From contig CAWEEQ010000002.1 in assembly GCA_963808235.1 (NCBI GenBank), forward strand, positions 96,001 to 160,000: a stretch of DNA of 64,000 bases, written 5' to 3'. The position numbers and the translations under genes were made by a program. Under the pieces are notes generated by a model. That model made no database searches and was not told the DNA's origin. It saw only the letters and a program-made list of their open reading frames with translations. The stretch is from an uncultured delta proteobacterium. Its GTDB lineage: Bacteria > Desulfobacterota > Binatia > Binatales > Binataceae. This document shows, piece after piece, positions 48,132 to 58,063 of the stretch (the stretch's first letter is position 1; every line of letters begins with the position of its first letter).

Positions 48132-49130
48132 TCAGAACTCGTAGCTGATCTTCATTGCGGTGCGGACTTCACGCATCGTCTCTTGCGCGACGGCGCGGCC
48201 TTTGCGAGTGCCTTCGACGATAATCTCGCGGACGCGATCGGGTTTGGCGGCAAATTCGGCACGGCGGGCGCGAATCGGTTCCAGAAACGCGTCCAGCGCC
48301 TTGAACAGCTTCTCCTTCACCTCAACGTCGCCGACGGTGCCTTTGCGATAACGCTCCTTCAAGTCAGCGACTTCGCCTTTGTCGGGATTGAAACTGTCGT
48401 GGTAGGTGAAGACGGGGTTGCCCTCGACGTGGCCGGGGTCGGTCGGATGGAGCCGGGTCGGATCGGTGTACATCGACATGACGCGCTTGCGAACGACCTC
48501 GGATGGATCGCCCAGGTAGATGCAGTTGCCGAGTGACTTCCCCATTTTCGCGCCGCCGTCGGTGCCGGGCAGACGCGCCACTTCGCCGACCAGGGCCTTC
48601 GGCTCGACGAGCACTTTGTCGTACATACGATTGAAGCGGCGCACGATCTCGCGCGCCTGTTCGATCATCGGGAGCTGATCTTCGCCGACCGGAACCAGGT
48701 GCGCCTTGAATATCGTGATGTCTGATGCCTGCGAAATGGGATACGTGTAGAAGCCCACCGGCAGACCCTTGGCGAAATTCTTCTGTTTGATTTCTTCCTT
48801 GAGAGTAGGATTGCGCTCGAGCGTCGCGACGGTAACCAGGTTCATGAAGTAGATAGTGAGTTCGGTCAGCTCGGGGACCATCGACTGCACTACTATCTTC
48901 ACCTTTTCGGGATCGAGGCCGACCGCCAGGTAGTCCAACGCGACTTCGAAGATATTGGCCTCGAGTTTCTCCGGATGCTCGAAATTGTCGGTCAGAGCCT
49001 GGATGTCTGCGATCAAGATGTAGGTGTCGTATTCATTTTGCAGGCGTACGCGATTTGCCAGCGAGCCAACGTAGTGGCCAAGATGCAGCGGTCCGGTCGG
49101 ACGGTCGCCGGTGAGTATTCTTTTGAGCAT
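48132..49130 (-). CDS. trpS: Tryptophanyl-tRNA synthetase (TrpRS II-like)
   Basis: [34 protein letters not shown]; start at MLKRIL. Confidence 0.95.
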   Translation of the reverse strand: MLKRILTGDRPTGPLHLGHYVGSLANRVRLQNEYDTYILIADIQALTDNFEHPEKLEANIFEVALDYLAVGLDPEKVKIVVQSMVPELTELTIYFMNLVTVATLERNPTLKEEIKQKNFAKGLPVGFYTYPISQASDITIFKAHLVPVGEDQLPMIEQAREIVRRFNRMYDKVLVEPKALVGEVARLPGTDGGAKMGKSLGNCIYLGDPSEVVRKRVMSMYTDPTRLHPTDPGHVEGNPVFTYHDSFNPDKGEVADLKERYRKGTVGDVEVKEKLFKALDAFLEPIRARRAEFAAKPDRVREIIVEGTRKGRAVAQETMREVRTAMKISYEF

Positions 49131-49165
49131 CGGATAATTAGCTGGTTGATTAGTCAGTCGAATAG

Positions 49166-50044
49166 TCAGTTCGTCGCGAAGAGACTTCGCAAAGTCGCCA
49201 GGTTCTCGATATCCTCTTTCAGCTCGGGACCTTTGGGCGTTTCCAGGCACATCGGCAGTCCGAAGAATCGCCGATCGTTCACAATGCGGCGAAAGGCGTC
49301 GAGACCGATGAAGCCCTTGCCGATATGCTGATGGCGATCGACCTTCGAATTGAAATCCTTGACCGAATCGTTCAGATGGAACGCGACAATTCTCTTGAGG
49401 CCGATGTACTTGTCGAGTTCGCTGAAGGTATTTTCGTATCCTTCGGGAGTGCGCAGATCGTAGCCCGAGGCGAACGCGTGTTCAGTGTCGAAGCATAGCC
49501 GCAGCCGATCGTTCTCCTTGACCGCGTCGAAGATACGGCCCATCTGCTGAAAGTTGCAGCCGAGCGTGCTGCCCTGTCCCGCCGTGATTTCGAGCGCGAT
49601 CTTTACCGCGAAGCCTTTGCAGGCGGCATGCGCCTCGTCGATCGATCTGGCGATCGTCTTAATGCCGGCTTCCTCGCCTGAGCCAACATGCGCGCCGGGA
49701 TGAGCGACCAGCGTTGGTACCCCAAGCGCCTCGCATCGATTCAACTCGTCGATGAAGCCTTTGACCGACTTGATTCGCAGCGCATCGTCCGGAGCGCCGA
49801 GATTCACCAGGTAGGAATCGTGGGCGATCACTTTGGCGATTCCGGTTTCGCGTTGATTGCGTTTGAAGGTTTCGATTTCCTCTTTTGAGTACGGCTTGGA
49901 CGCCCACTGGCGCGACGACTTGGTGAAAATCTGGATACACTCGCATCCGGCCTGCTTGCCACGATTGAGCGCCTCGCCGACTTCGCCGGCGATCGACATG
50001 TGTGCGCCGAGCATGGGACGATCGGACTTCGTTGAATGCGTCAT
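49166..50044 (-). CDS. nfo: Endonuclease IV
   Basis: [47 protein letters not shown]. Confidence 0.96.
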   Translation of the reverse strand: MTHSTKSDRPMLGAHMSIAGEVGEALNRGKQAGCECIQIFTKSSRQWASKPYSKEEIETFKRNQRETGIAKVIAHDSYLVNLGAPDDALRIKSVKGFIDELNRCEALGVPTLVAHPGAHVGSGEEAGIKTIARSIDEAHAACKGFAVKIALEITAGQGSTLGCNFQQMGRIFDAVKENDRLRLCFDTEHAFASGYDLRTPEGYENTFSELDKYIGLKRIVAFHLNDSVKDFNSKVDRHQHIGKGFIGLDAFRRIVNDRRFFGLPMCLETPKGPELKEDIENLATLRSLFATN

Positions 50045-50176
50045 GGTTCAGAGCCGTCCTTAGTGTGTCCGCATTTGCGGATCCAATCGCATCGCAATTC
50101 TATACCATAGACCGGTGTCGGGATGCGTCTCTTGCCCGCCAGGCCCGCGGGTGGATACTTCATTACTCTGTATTCT

Positions 50177-50587
50177 ATGCGTATCTCATTCGTTGCGACC
50201 TGGATTCTGGCGCTTGGCGTTGCGGCTTCCGGATGTGCCAGGGCGGTCCGGCTGCCGCCGCAGGCGACGCTTGCGGAAGTCGAGCCGTCGGGCCGCGCCG
50301 CCAAGCCGCCCAATTGCGACATGCCGGTATTGCGTCGTGAGCCGCTGACCGATTTTCGCAAGGTCGCGATCGTCGAAGGATTGGGAAGTGTCTATGCGAG
50401 CGAAGCTGATGTGCTGCCGGTCGTGCAGCGCAAGGCCTGCGAAAGTGGCGCCGACGCGATCATCATATTGACGAGCAAATCGCAGACCAGCGAAGGCATG
50501 ACGGGCTACTACATAAACTCGGTCGCGATCGTGTACGGGAAGAGAAATCCGGCCGCGGAGCAGGGCGCGAGTCAAATCCTTCGCTGA
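50177..50587 (+). CDS. Hypothetical lipoprotein
   Basis: Lipobox AASGC after a hydrophobic stretch; KACESGADAII motif. Confidence 0.7.
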   Translation: MRISFVATWILALGVAASGCARAVRLPPQATLAEVEPSGRAAKPPNCDMPVLRREPLTDFRKVAIVEGLGSVYASEADVLPVVQRKACESGADAIIILTSKSQTSEGMTGYYINSVAIVYGKRNPAAEQGASQILR

Positions 50588-50650
50588 AGATGCGCAGCTC
50601 CGGCCAATTGCTTTCGTGTCGGCGCAATTTCAGCGCATGATAGGTGCCTG

Positions 50651-51523
50651 ATGGCGGCGGCGAAACGGTCCATAAAGACAGTCGGGCTGGTGGTCAAGCG
50701 CGACCGGCCCGAAGCGACCAAGATCGCGCGGATCCTCGTCCGGTTTTTGCGGAGCTTGCACAAGATTCCAATCGCCGACGCGGAGATGTCGAAAACGATT
50801 GGCGCCGAGCCCGTTGAGCGCCATCAACTGGGCGACCACGCCGACCTGATCGTGGTACTCGGCGGAGACGGCACGCTGCTCGGCGTCGCGCGGCTGGTCG
50901 CGTCGCAGGGGATTCCCATCCTGGGCGTGAATCTGGGCGGACTCGGGTTCCTGACCGAAGTGACGATCAAGGAGTCGCGTGCGGCGCTCGAGCGCGTGCT
51001 CCACGGCGACTACGAAGTCGACCGGCGCATCATGCTGGAAGCGATCGTCGAGCGCGCATCGGAGGAGCTGAACCGCGCGGAGACTTACCAGGCATTCAAC
51101 GACGTGGTGGTCGGCAAAGGGCCGCTCGGCAGAATGCTCGAACTCGACGTGCTCGCGAACCGCAAGCCGTTTTGCTCGTATCGCGCCGACGGATTGATCG
51201 TTGCGACCCCGACCGGCTCGACCGCCTACGCACTTGCCGCGGGAGGGCCAATCGTTTATCCGACGCTCGGCGCGATCGTGCTGGCGCCGATCTGTCCGCA
51301 TACGTTGAGCAACCGCCCGGTCGTGCTGCCCGATTCGTATCATATCGAGATTCATGTAAGGGCACCCGACCACGACGCAACTTTCACTGTCGACGGGCAG
51401 GAGTCGGCGCAGCTGGGTCCGTCCGACACGATCAGGATTCATCGCGGGCGGCATAGTGTGTCGTTGATTCGTTCCGCTCATCCATATTTCGAAATCTGGC
51501 GCAACAAGCTCCACTGGGGATAG
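50651..51523 (+). CDS. nadK: NAD kinase
   Basis: GGDGT, GVNLGGLGFL, ND, DGLIVATPTGSTAY. Confidence 0.96.
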   Translation: MAAAKRSIKTVGLVVKRDRPEATKIARILVRFLRSLHKIPIADAEMSKTIGAEPVERHQLGDHADLIVVLGGDGTLLGVARLVASQGIPILGVNLGGLGFLTEVTIKESRAALERVLHGDYEVDRRIMLEAIVERASEELNRAETYQAFNDVVVGKGPLGRMLELDVLANRKPFCSYRADGLIVATPTGSTAYALAAGGPIVYPTLGAIVLAPICPHTLSNRPVVLPDSYHIEIHVRAPDHDATFTVDGQESAQLGPSDTIRIHRGRHSVSLIRSAHPYFEIWRNKLHWG

Positions 51524-51537
51524 GCGCGCGGGTACCG

Positions 51538-53232
51538 ATGCTGCTCGAACTGCGCATCCGCAACTTCGCGATTATCGAGGAAGCTCACCTCGAGTTTGGC
51601 GCCGGCCTGAACGTGCTATCTGGCGAGACCGGCGCCGGCAAGACGATCATTCTGAGTGCGCTTGGCTTGCTGCTCGGCTCCCGGGCGTCGCCTGACATGA
51701 TTCGGGCCGGAGAGAAAGAGGCGGTCGTCGAAGGGCTGTTCGAGCTCGAGGGCGAGACTGCGATACCCGAACTCGCGGAGCGGACTGGCGATGGAAGCCG
51801 GCGCGAGCTTGTTGTGCGACGGCTAATCGCCGAGGGTGGACGCTCGCGCGTAACTGTCGACGGGGAGCTCGCCACGGTGCAGACACTCGCGAAGATGGGC
51901 GCATCGCTGGTGCAGGTTTACGGACAGCATGAGCAACAATCGCTGCTCCGCGCAGAAGCTCATCGCGAAGTCCTTGACCGATACGCTGGAATAGACCACG
52001 AACTCGCGAAGTATCGCGAGAGTTACGGCCACGCGCAGGGAGTTAGAGCGCGCGGGCTTGAGCTGAGTCGTCGCGAACGCGAACGCGTGGACCTGCTCGA
52101 GCTGGCCAGATTCCGCGTCAGCGAACTCGAGCGCGCTCAACTTGTCGCCGGCGAAGACGAAGATCTTGCGCACGAGCGCACCGTCCTTGCCAACGCGAGC
52201 AAGCTCGCCAGTGCGGCTCTGGAAGCCGAGCAACTGCTCTATGCCGGCGAAGGCGGTGCGACTGACACGGTCGCGCGTACCGAGACGCGCCTCGCCGATG
52301 CGGTGGCGATCGACCCGAAGCTTGGCGATGCGCTCGAGATGATCAAATCGGCGCGCGCAAACCTGGAAGAGGCGGCGCGAACGCTCGGCGCATACGCGGC
52401 AAAGATCGAGGCCGATCCAGCGCGGCTCGAGGAAATTGAAAATAGGCTCCAGGAATTGGCGCGGCTCAAGAGAAAATACGGCGGGTCGGTCGCTACTGCG
52501 ATCGAAACGCTGGAGCGTTCGCGCGGCGAAATTGACGAGCTTCAAGGAATCGAGGAATCCAGGGCGCAGGTCGAGGCCGAGCTGGCGGCGGCGCTCGACG
52601 AACTCGTTACGCATGCGAAAAAGCTGACCTCGATTCGCAAGCGCGCAGCCGCGGAGCTGCGGCTCAAGATGGAGGCGGAGCTGAAGACGCTCGGGATGCG
52701 CTCGCCGGGCTTCGAGGCGCGACTCGGCGCGCTCGCAGAAGACGAAGCCGGCTTTGTGTGCGGCGGCGTGGCGCTCGGCGCCGCCGGAGTCGACACGATT
52801 GAGTTCCATCTCTCGCCCAATCTCGGCCAGCCGGCGATGCCGCTGCTCAGAATTGCGTCGGGCGGCGAGTTGTCACGCGTGATGCTGGCACTCAAGCGCC
52901 TGGAGGCTCAGCGGCGCGGAATCGCGACTATGATTTTTGACGAAGTCGATGCCGGCATCGGTGGCGCGATTGCACAGGTCGTCGGTCGCAAGCTGAAACA
53001 ACTCTCGCGCTTTCACCAGATTTTGTGCGTGACGCATCTGGCGCAGATCGCGGCCTATGCCGATCGTCACTTCACCGTCGAAAAAGAAGAGCGCCGCGGT
53101 TCGACCCGGAGCCGGGTCGCAATCCTGGAGCCGGGTGATCGCACCGAGGAAATCGCGCGGATGCTCGGCGGCGAGGTATCGGAAAAGTTTCGCCGCGCCG
53201 CCCGCGAACTGCTCGAACGCGCCGCGAATTAG
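51538..53232 (+). CDS. recN: DNA repair protein RecN
   Basis: GETGAGKT, GQHEQQ, ASGGELSR, FDEVDAG, VTHLAQIA; follows nadK. Confidence 0.97.
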   Translation: MLLELRIRNFAIIEEAHLEFGAGLNVLSGETGAGKTIILSALGLLLGSRASPDMIRAGEKEAVVEGLFELEGETAIPELAERTGDGSRRELVVRRLIAEGGRSRVTVDGELATVQTLAKMGASLVQVYGQHEQQSLLRAEAHREVLDRYAGIDHELAKYRESYGHAQGVRARGLELSRRERERVDLLELARFRVSELERAQLVAGEDEDLAHERTVLANASKLASAALEAEQLLYAGEGGATDTVARTETRLADAVAIDPKLGDALEMIKSARANLEEAARTLGAYAAKIEADPARLEEIENRLQELARLKRKYGGSVATAIETLERSRGEIDELQGIEESRAQVEAELAAALDELVTHAKKLTSIRKRAAAELRLKMEAELKTLGMRSPGFEARLGALAEDEAGFVCGGVALGAAGVDTIEFHLSPNLGQPAMPLLRIASGGELSRVMLALKRLEAQRRGIATMIFDEVDAGIGGAIAQVVGRKLKQLSRFHQILCVTHLAQIAAYADRHFTVEKEERRGSTRSRVAILEPGDRTEEIARMLGGEVSEKFRRAARELLERAAN

Positions 53233-53319
53233 TGCTCAGTTGTCAGTCGCATGCTTGACGGCGCTTTGGCCGTGGCGCTAAACGGCAGTCAGGCGCCGCG
53301 ATAGAAAAGGAGGCCCGCG

Positions 53320-54420
53320 ATGGAACCGCAACGAATCCTGTCCGCGGATTCGCACGTGATCGAGCCCGCCGACGTGTGGACGTCGCGAATCGAGAAACGC
53401 TTTCTCGATCGAGCGCCGCGAGTCATCAAGCGTGCAGGCGAGCGCCCGGGCGATTTTTTCGTCGCCGAAGGGCTTCGCCCATTCCCGGTTGCCGGCTTCG
53501 CGGTCGCTGGCGTCGATCCAAAAGATTTTGCCGATCGTATGGCCAGGGGTTACCCGGGCGTCAGGCCGAGCGCATGGGATCCGGTCGCGCGGATCGAGGA
53601 CCAGGAACGCGACGGCGTGGTTGGCGAGGTACTGTACCCGAGCCTGGCGATGCGCCTGTTCCAGATGGAGGACGGCGAGCTGCGCGCCGCGTGTTTTCGC
53701 GCTTACAACGATTGGCTTGCCGAGTATTGCGCGCACAATCCGCGTCGGCTCGCGGGAGTCGCGATGGTCTCGCTCGACGATCCGCTGGAGGGAGTCGCAG
53801 AGTTGACCAGAGCTGCGAAGAAGGGGCTTCGCGGCGCGATGATATGGGGCGCGGCGCCTGCGGAACGCCCCTACAGCGATCCGTCGTACGATCCATTCTG
53901 GGCGCTGGCGGACGAGTTGAGGGCGCCGATCAGCTTGCATATTCTCACCGAGCGTCGCGGCGGCAGCGATTTTCAAAGCGTGATGAAGAGTTACCCGGCG
54001 CTGCATCATTCGGTCGAACGCTCGCTTGCCGAAATTATTTTTGCGGGCGTGCTCGAGCGATTTCCTCAGCTACGCCTGGTGTCCGTTGAGAACGACATCG
54101 GATGGATCGCGCATTTTCTGCAGCGCCTCGATCATTCGTACGAGAAATATCGCTACCTCGAAAAGGAGGCGATTCCGAATCCGCCGAGCTACTATTTTCG
54201 CCGCCAGGTTGCGGCGACGTTTCAGGACGACCGCGTCGGCGTGGTCTCGCGCCATTTTATCGGGGTGAAGAACCTGATGTGGGCGTCGGATTTTCCGCAC
54301 TCAGACTCGACCTGGCCCCATTCACGAGAAGTAATCGCACGCGACTTCGAAGGCGTACCCGACGACGAGCGGCGCATGATGACCGCGGACAACGCGGCCG
54401 CGCTATACAGTCTCGGCTGA
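53320..54420 (+). CDS. Amidohydrolase_2 family protein
   Basis: SADSH, LYPS, YNDW, SLH, VENDIGW, WASDFPHSDSTWP. Confidence 0.92.
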   Translation: MEPQRILSADSHVIEPADVWTSRIEKRFLDRAPRVIKRAGERPGDFFVAEGLRPFPVAGFAVAGVDPKDFADRMARGYPGVRPSAWDPVARIEDQERDGVVGEVLYPSLAMRLFQMEDGELRAACFRAYNDWLAEYCAHNPRRLAGVAMVSLDDPLEGVAELTRAAKKGLRGAMIWGAAPAERPYSDPSYDPFWALADELRAPISLHILTERRGGSDFQSVMKSYPALHHSVERSLAEIIFAGVLERFPQLRLVSVENDIGWIAHFLQRLDHSYEKYRYLEKEAIPNPPSYYFRRQVAATFQDDRVGVVSRHFIGVKNLMWASDFPHSDSTWPHSREVIARDFEGVPDDERRMMTADNAAALYSLG

Positions 54421-54497
54421 CTTCGATCGCGCGATAAGAGAGGGGTCGGTTGACTCCACGGAGCGCATCGGCTTAGCTGAAAAATCTCGCTTGCGGT

Positions 54498-54574
54498 GGG
54501 GCTGTAGCTCAGTTTGGGAGAGCGCCTGAATGGCATTCAGGAGGTCGCGCGTTCGATCCGCGTCAGCTCCACCA
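54498..54574 (+). tRNA. tRNA-Ala (GGC)
   Basis: Acceptor stem GGGGCTG/CAGCTCC with G3:U70, anticodon arm CCTGA-ATGGCAT-TCAGG, TTCGATC T-loop, encoded CCA. Confidence 0.97.
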
Positions 54575-54606
54575 ATAAAATCAAGGCCGTTTAGGCTCAC
54601 GAACCG

Positions 54607-55491
54607 ATGGACAAGCACATAAGCAAGCATCCCGAAACGAAGCATCTCGCGAGCGATGTCGTTCACTACCGCGAGTTCAAAATCCTGCTGCAGCCCGACC
54701 GGTTCACCAGCAAGCATGGATTCCTCGAATTTTGGGAGGCGGCATCGAAGACGCTCAAAAAACTCGATCTTAGAGTCGATGTCGACCATCACGCGTTCGA
54801 TAGCCAGGTTCGGGAAGTTCTCTTTTACGACACTCCGGAGTTTGACCTTTACAATCATCATTTCATTCTGCGGAAGCGTACTTTCTACGACCAGGGATGG
54901 CCCCGCGAGGGCCACGAGCTGACCTTCAAATACCGCGCCCCGGACCTCAAGGATGCCGCAGCCGTTGACGTGCGTCCGCAATTGGGAGGACACGACGAGA
55001 TCAAGTTCAAGGAGGAATTGTTGCTCGAGCGTGACCGCCTGGGCGGGATGCGCAGCGTGTACTCGCATGGATGCGTGCTTACCTCGCCAAAGATCGAGCT
55101 GGATCGCGGCGTCGAGGACATCACGCGCGCATTTCCGACCCTCAAGAAAATAGATATACGGCCCCGAACCAAAATGACGCTGGTCAATAACGTGGCCGTC
55201 GAGGAAGTGCAAAACACGATGGGCGTGATCCACTTCGGGCACCACTTCAAGGGCAAGACCACCATCGCGATATGGAGGAGCCGGGCACTGGAAAAGTCGC
55301 TGTCGGGTGAGTTCGCTTTTCAGTGCAAGTTCGAACGGCTCGAGGATGTGAGCAAGGAGGCCCTTGAGTTGTCGGAAGAGTTCTACAAGAAGGTGCAGCT
55401 CGATTGCGCGGAATGGATCAAACTTGGCACCACCAAAACCGCGATGGTGTATGGCCTCGGCGACAGTGGGCAGCTAAAGAACCGTGAATGA
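54607..55491 (+). CDS. CYTH/VTC-like (triphosphate tunnel) protein
   Basis: YREFK, FYDTPEFDL-x5-LRKR and ELTFKYR resemble CYTH core motifs. Confidence 0.6.
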   Translation: MDKHISKHPETKHLASDVVHYREFKILLQPDRFTSKHGFLEFWEAASKTLKKLDLRVDVDHHAFDSQVREVLFYDTPEFDLYNHHFILRKRTFYDQGWPREGHELTFKYRAPDLKDAAAVDVRPQLGGHDEIKFKEELLLERDRLGGMRSVYSHGCVLTSPKIELDRGVEDITRAFPTLKKIDIRPRTKMTLVNNVAVEEVQNTMGVIHFGHHFKGKTTIAIWRSRALEKSLSGEFAFQCKFERLEDVSKEALELSEEFYKKVQLDCAEWIKLGTTKTAMVYGLGDSGQLKNRE

Positions 55492-55547
55492 GATCCGGCG
55501 AAACTGGGATTCGTAAGCCGAATCTTCCCGACCCCAGCGCACATTGC

Positions 55548-57527
55548 TTAAGCGGCTCTCGCTAGCGATTCTCCCTCCCGCCCGACCGCTATTTCCGCTG
55601 CTACGTCTGGCTTTGTCCGCGGCAGTAAACGTGCTGAATTGAGAATGAACGCCAGCTCCGAAGTCACGTGAATGAAGGCGGCAAGCGGAGGACTCAATAA
55701 CCCCACCGACGCAAGCGCGATCCCGACCATGTCAACGCCGATCGTGCCCGCGAAATTCCACCAGATGATGCGCCGAGTCCATCGCGCAATCTCGAGCGTC
55801 TCGGTGAACTTCAACAAGTCGTTGCCGAGCAGCACCACGTCCGCGCTCTCACGGGCGACGTCAGTGCCGGAACCCATCGCAACGCCAACACTGGCCTCTG
55901 CCAATGCCGGCGCGTCGTTGATTCCATCACCGACCATTGCAACGATGCGTCCGCTCGCGACCAGGCTCTCGATGCGCGCGAGTTTCATCTCTGGCAAAAG
56001 GTCGGCCTCTACTTCGCTGATTCCGAGCTCTCGCGCGACCATCGTGGCAACAGAGTTGGTATCGCCAGTCAGCAGAACGCTCCGAATGCCGATCCGATTC
56101 AGCGCTTCGATGGCGCGTCGCGCCTCTGGCCGCACGGTGTCGGCGATGGCGATCGCGCCAAGAAATTGTCCGCCGCGCGCTACGAAAACCTCCGATGAAC
56201 TAGCTGCGCCGGCAAGGAATTCGCGCGGCACGGCTATCGTGTGATCTCGCGCATGATCGTTCAGGAGCCCCCGATTCCCGACGAGAATCGTCACGCCATC
56301 CACCACTGCCGTGATGCCGCGGCCGGGGGCGTAGTCAAAACGCTCGGGCTCACGGAGCGAACGGTTCTTCGCCAATGCAAAGTTGACAATCGCCTTGCCC
56401 AATGGATGCTCGGAGCGCATCTCCGCCGATGCGGCCGCATCGAGAACTTCGTCTTGCGAAACACCGGCAGCCGGAACAACCGCTTGCACCTCGGTCTTGC
56501 CAAGGGTCAGCGTGCCGGTCTTGTCGAGGACGACAGTATCCACCCGACCCAGAGTTTCCAGGTACAAGCCACCTTTTATGATTGCTCCCAGGCGCGCCGA
56601 GCGGCCGATGCCGCCAAGGATTGCGAGCGGTGTGCCCGCCGCGATGCCGCATGCTCCCGCAACGATAATTACGGAAATCGTTGAACGCGCGTCCCGCGTG
56701 ACGATGAACGTGACTACCGCGGCGGCGAGAGCAAAATAGACCAGGTATCCGGCCAGGCGATCTGCCAACTGCTGCACCGGTGCGCGTGAACGTTCAGCGT
56801 GCTCGACGGCCTCAATGATCCTGCCATAGCTCGTGTCGCGTCCGATCCGCTCGACGCGGATCTCGAGCGCTCCCGATTGGTTTATCGTTCCGGCATATAC
56901 GGCCGAACCCGGCAGCTTCTCAACGGGCATCGATTCGCCCGTAATCCGGGACTGATCAACAAAGGAGCGGCCGCTGGTAACAACGCCGTCGATCGGCATC
57001 ATGCCGCCTGGGTTGACGAGTACGGAATCTCCCACGCGCAGTTCGGCTGTGGAAGTCTCGCGGATGCCGTTGGCGCCTCGCACCGTGACCGAACGAGGAA
57101 TGAAATCCATCAGATCCCCAATCGCACGCCGGCCGCGAGACACGGTCATCCCTTCCAGCACTTCTGCTACCAGGACAAATAGTGTGATAACGAGCGCGGT
57201 AAAGTATTGCGCGATACAAGCTGCCGCGACGATCGCGATGCTCATGGACAACTCCATGGTCATCCGCCGTGATGCGGCGTTCTCGGCCGCCTCTTTGAAT
57301 ATCGGCCATCCACCGATCAGAACGCCCAGCACGCCAATAAGGCTGATGCTCGGAATCGGGTCCCATAGGCGGAGCCACACGGCCGCGGCGGCAATTGCGA
57401 CCACGATGATCCGTGCCGCTTCGAGCGGGCTTAATACGTGATCTCGCTCCTCGGCGGCCGGCACGGTCGTCTCTTTCTGCGCCTGATCCACCAAAGTCGG
57501 AATCTCGATCTTTTCAGGCAGGGCCAT
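55548..57527 (-). CDS. Heavy-metal P1B-type ATPase with non-canonical GACG motif
   Basis: TGES, DKTGTLT, SEHP, TGD, GDGINDAPAL; TM motif GACGIAAGTP; start at MALPEK after GGAG. Confidence 0.93.
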   Translation of the reverse strand: MALPEKIEIPTLVDQAQKETTVPAAEERDHVLSPLEAARIIVVAIAAAAVWLRLWDPIPSISLIGVLGVLIGGWPIFKEAAENAASRRMTMELSMSIAIVAAACIAQYFTALVITLFVLVAEVLEGMTVSRGRRAIGDLMDFIPRSVTVRGANGIRETSTAELRVGDSVLVNPGGMMPIDGVVTSGRSFVDQSRITGESMPVEKLPGSAVYAGTINQSGALEIRVERIGRDTSYGRIIEAVEHAERSRAPVQQLADRLAGYLVYFALAAAVVTFIVTRDARSTISVIIVAGACGIAAGTPLAILGGIGRSARLGAIIKGGLYLETLGRVDTVVLDKTGTLTLGKTEVQAVVPAAGVSQDEVLDAAASAEMRSEHPLGKAIVNFALAKNRSLREPERFDYAPGRGITAVVDGVTILVGNRGLLNDHARDHTIAVPREFLAGAASSSEVFVARGGQFLGAIAIADTVRPEARRAIEALNRIGIRSVLLTGDTNSVATMVARELGISEVEADLLPEMKLARIESLVASGRIVAMVGDGINDAPALAEASVGVAMGSGTDVARESADVVLLGNDLLKFTETLEIARWTRRIIWWNFAGTIGVDMVGIALASVGLLSPPLAAFIHVTSELAFILNSARLLPRTKPDVAAEIAVGREGESLARAA

Positions 57528-57541
57528 TGGAGACTCCCGAG

Positions 57542-57817
57542 CTACTTCAGGTAGGACTGAACGATCTCGATCAGTTCCTCGGCGCCTTTGGCGCGGGAAC
57601 CGCGTTCGTGATCCGGATCGACGACATGCATCCGGATATGGTCCTCGATGATCTCGGCCATGAGACTGTTCATCGCGCCGCGCGCGGCGACTACGAGATG
57701 TAGGACCTCGGCGCATCCCTTCTCTTCCTCGACCGCGCGTTCAAGCGCTTGCACCTGGCCGAGAACGCGCCGCACGCGGTTCAGGAGCTTGGTTTTCTCT
57801 TTGATGGTGTGTGACAT
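57542..57817 (-). CDS. CsoR/RcnR family repressor, RcnR/DmeR-type
   Basis: MSHT start; His3, Cys35, His60, His64 at the E. coli RcnR positions. Confidence 0.9.
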   Translation of the reverse strand: MSHTIKEKTKLLNRVRRVLGQVQALERAVEEEKGCAEVLHLVVAARGAMNSLMAEIIEDHIRMHVVDPDHERGSRAKGAEELIEIVQSYLK

Positions 57818-57831
57818 AGAAGGCCTGCCTC

Positions 57832-57929
57832 TATACCCAAGGGGATATAGTATTACACCTCGATATCGTTTCCGTCCAGCACAGCATGGATAGAATTTGA
57901 CCAATTCAATTGATACCCCACTGGATATC
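57832..57929. promoter_or_regulatory. Two ATACCC-N4-GGATAT boxes (57832-57849 and 57912-57929), probable RcnR/CsoR-family operators
   Basis: TATACCCAAGGGGATATA and GATACCCCACTGGATATC: AT-rich inverted ends around G/C tracts, 80 bp apart, upstream of the repressor. Confidence 0.72.
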
Positions 57930-58063
57930 GTGTCCTAGATGAATCAATCGGTGTTCTGCCAGGCACTTTAGATTTTTCTTGTCCGACCTTGAATTCGGCG
58001 ATAAAATTTCTAGTGACGGGCAGCTTATGCAGTCCGGACGATTCATCATTTCGCGAGGATGCG

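Noticed and set aside
57897-57909. TTGACCAATTCAA as an FNR/CRP box
   Set aside because: Spacing is TTGA-N5-TCAA rather than N6; better explained as AT-rich promoter DNA.
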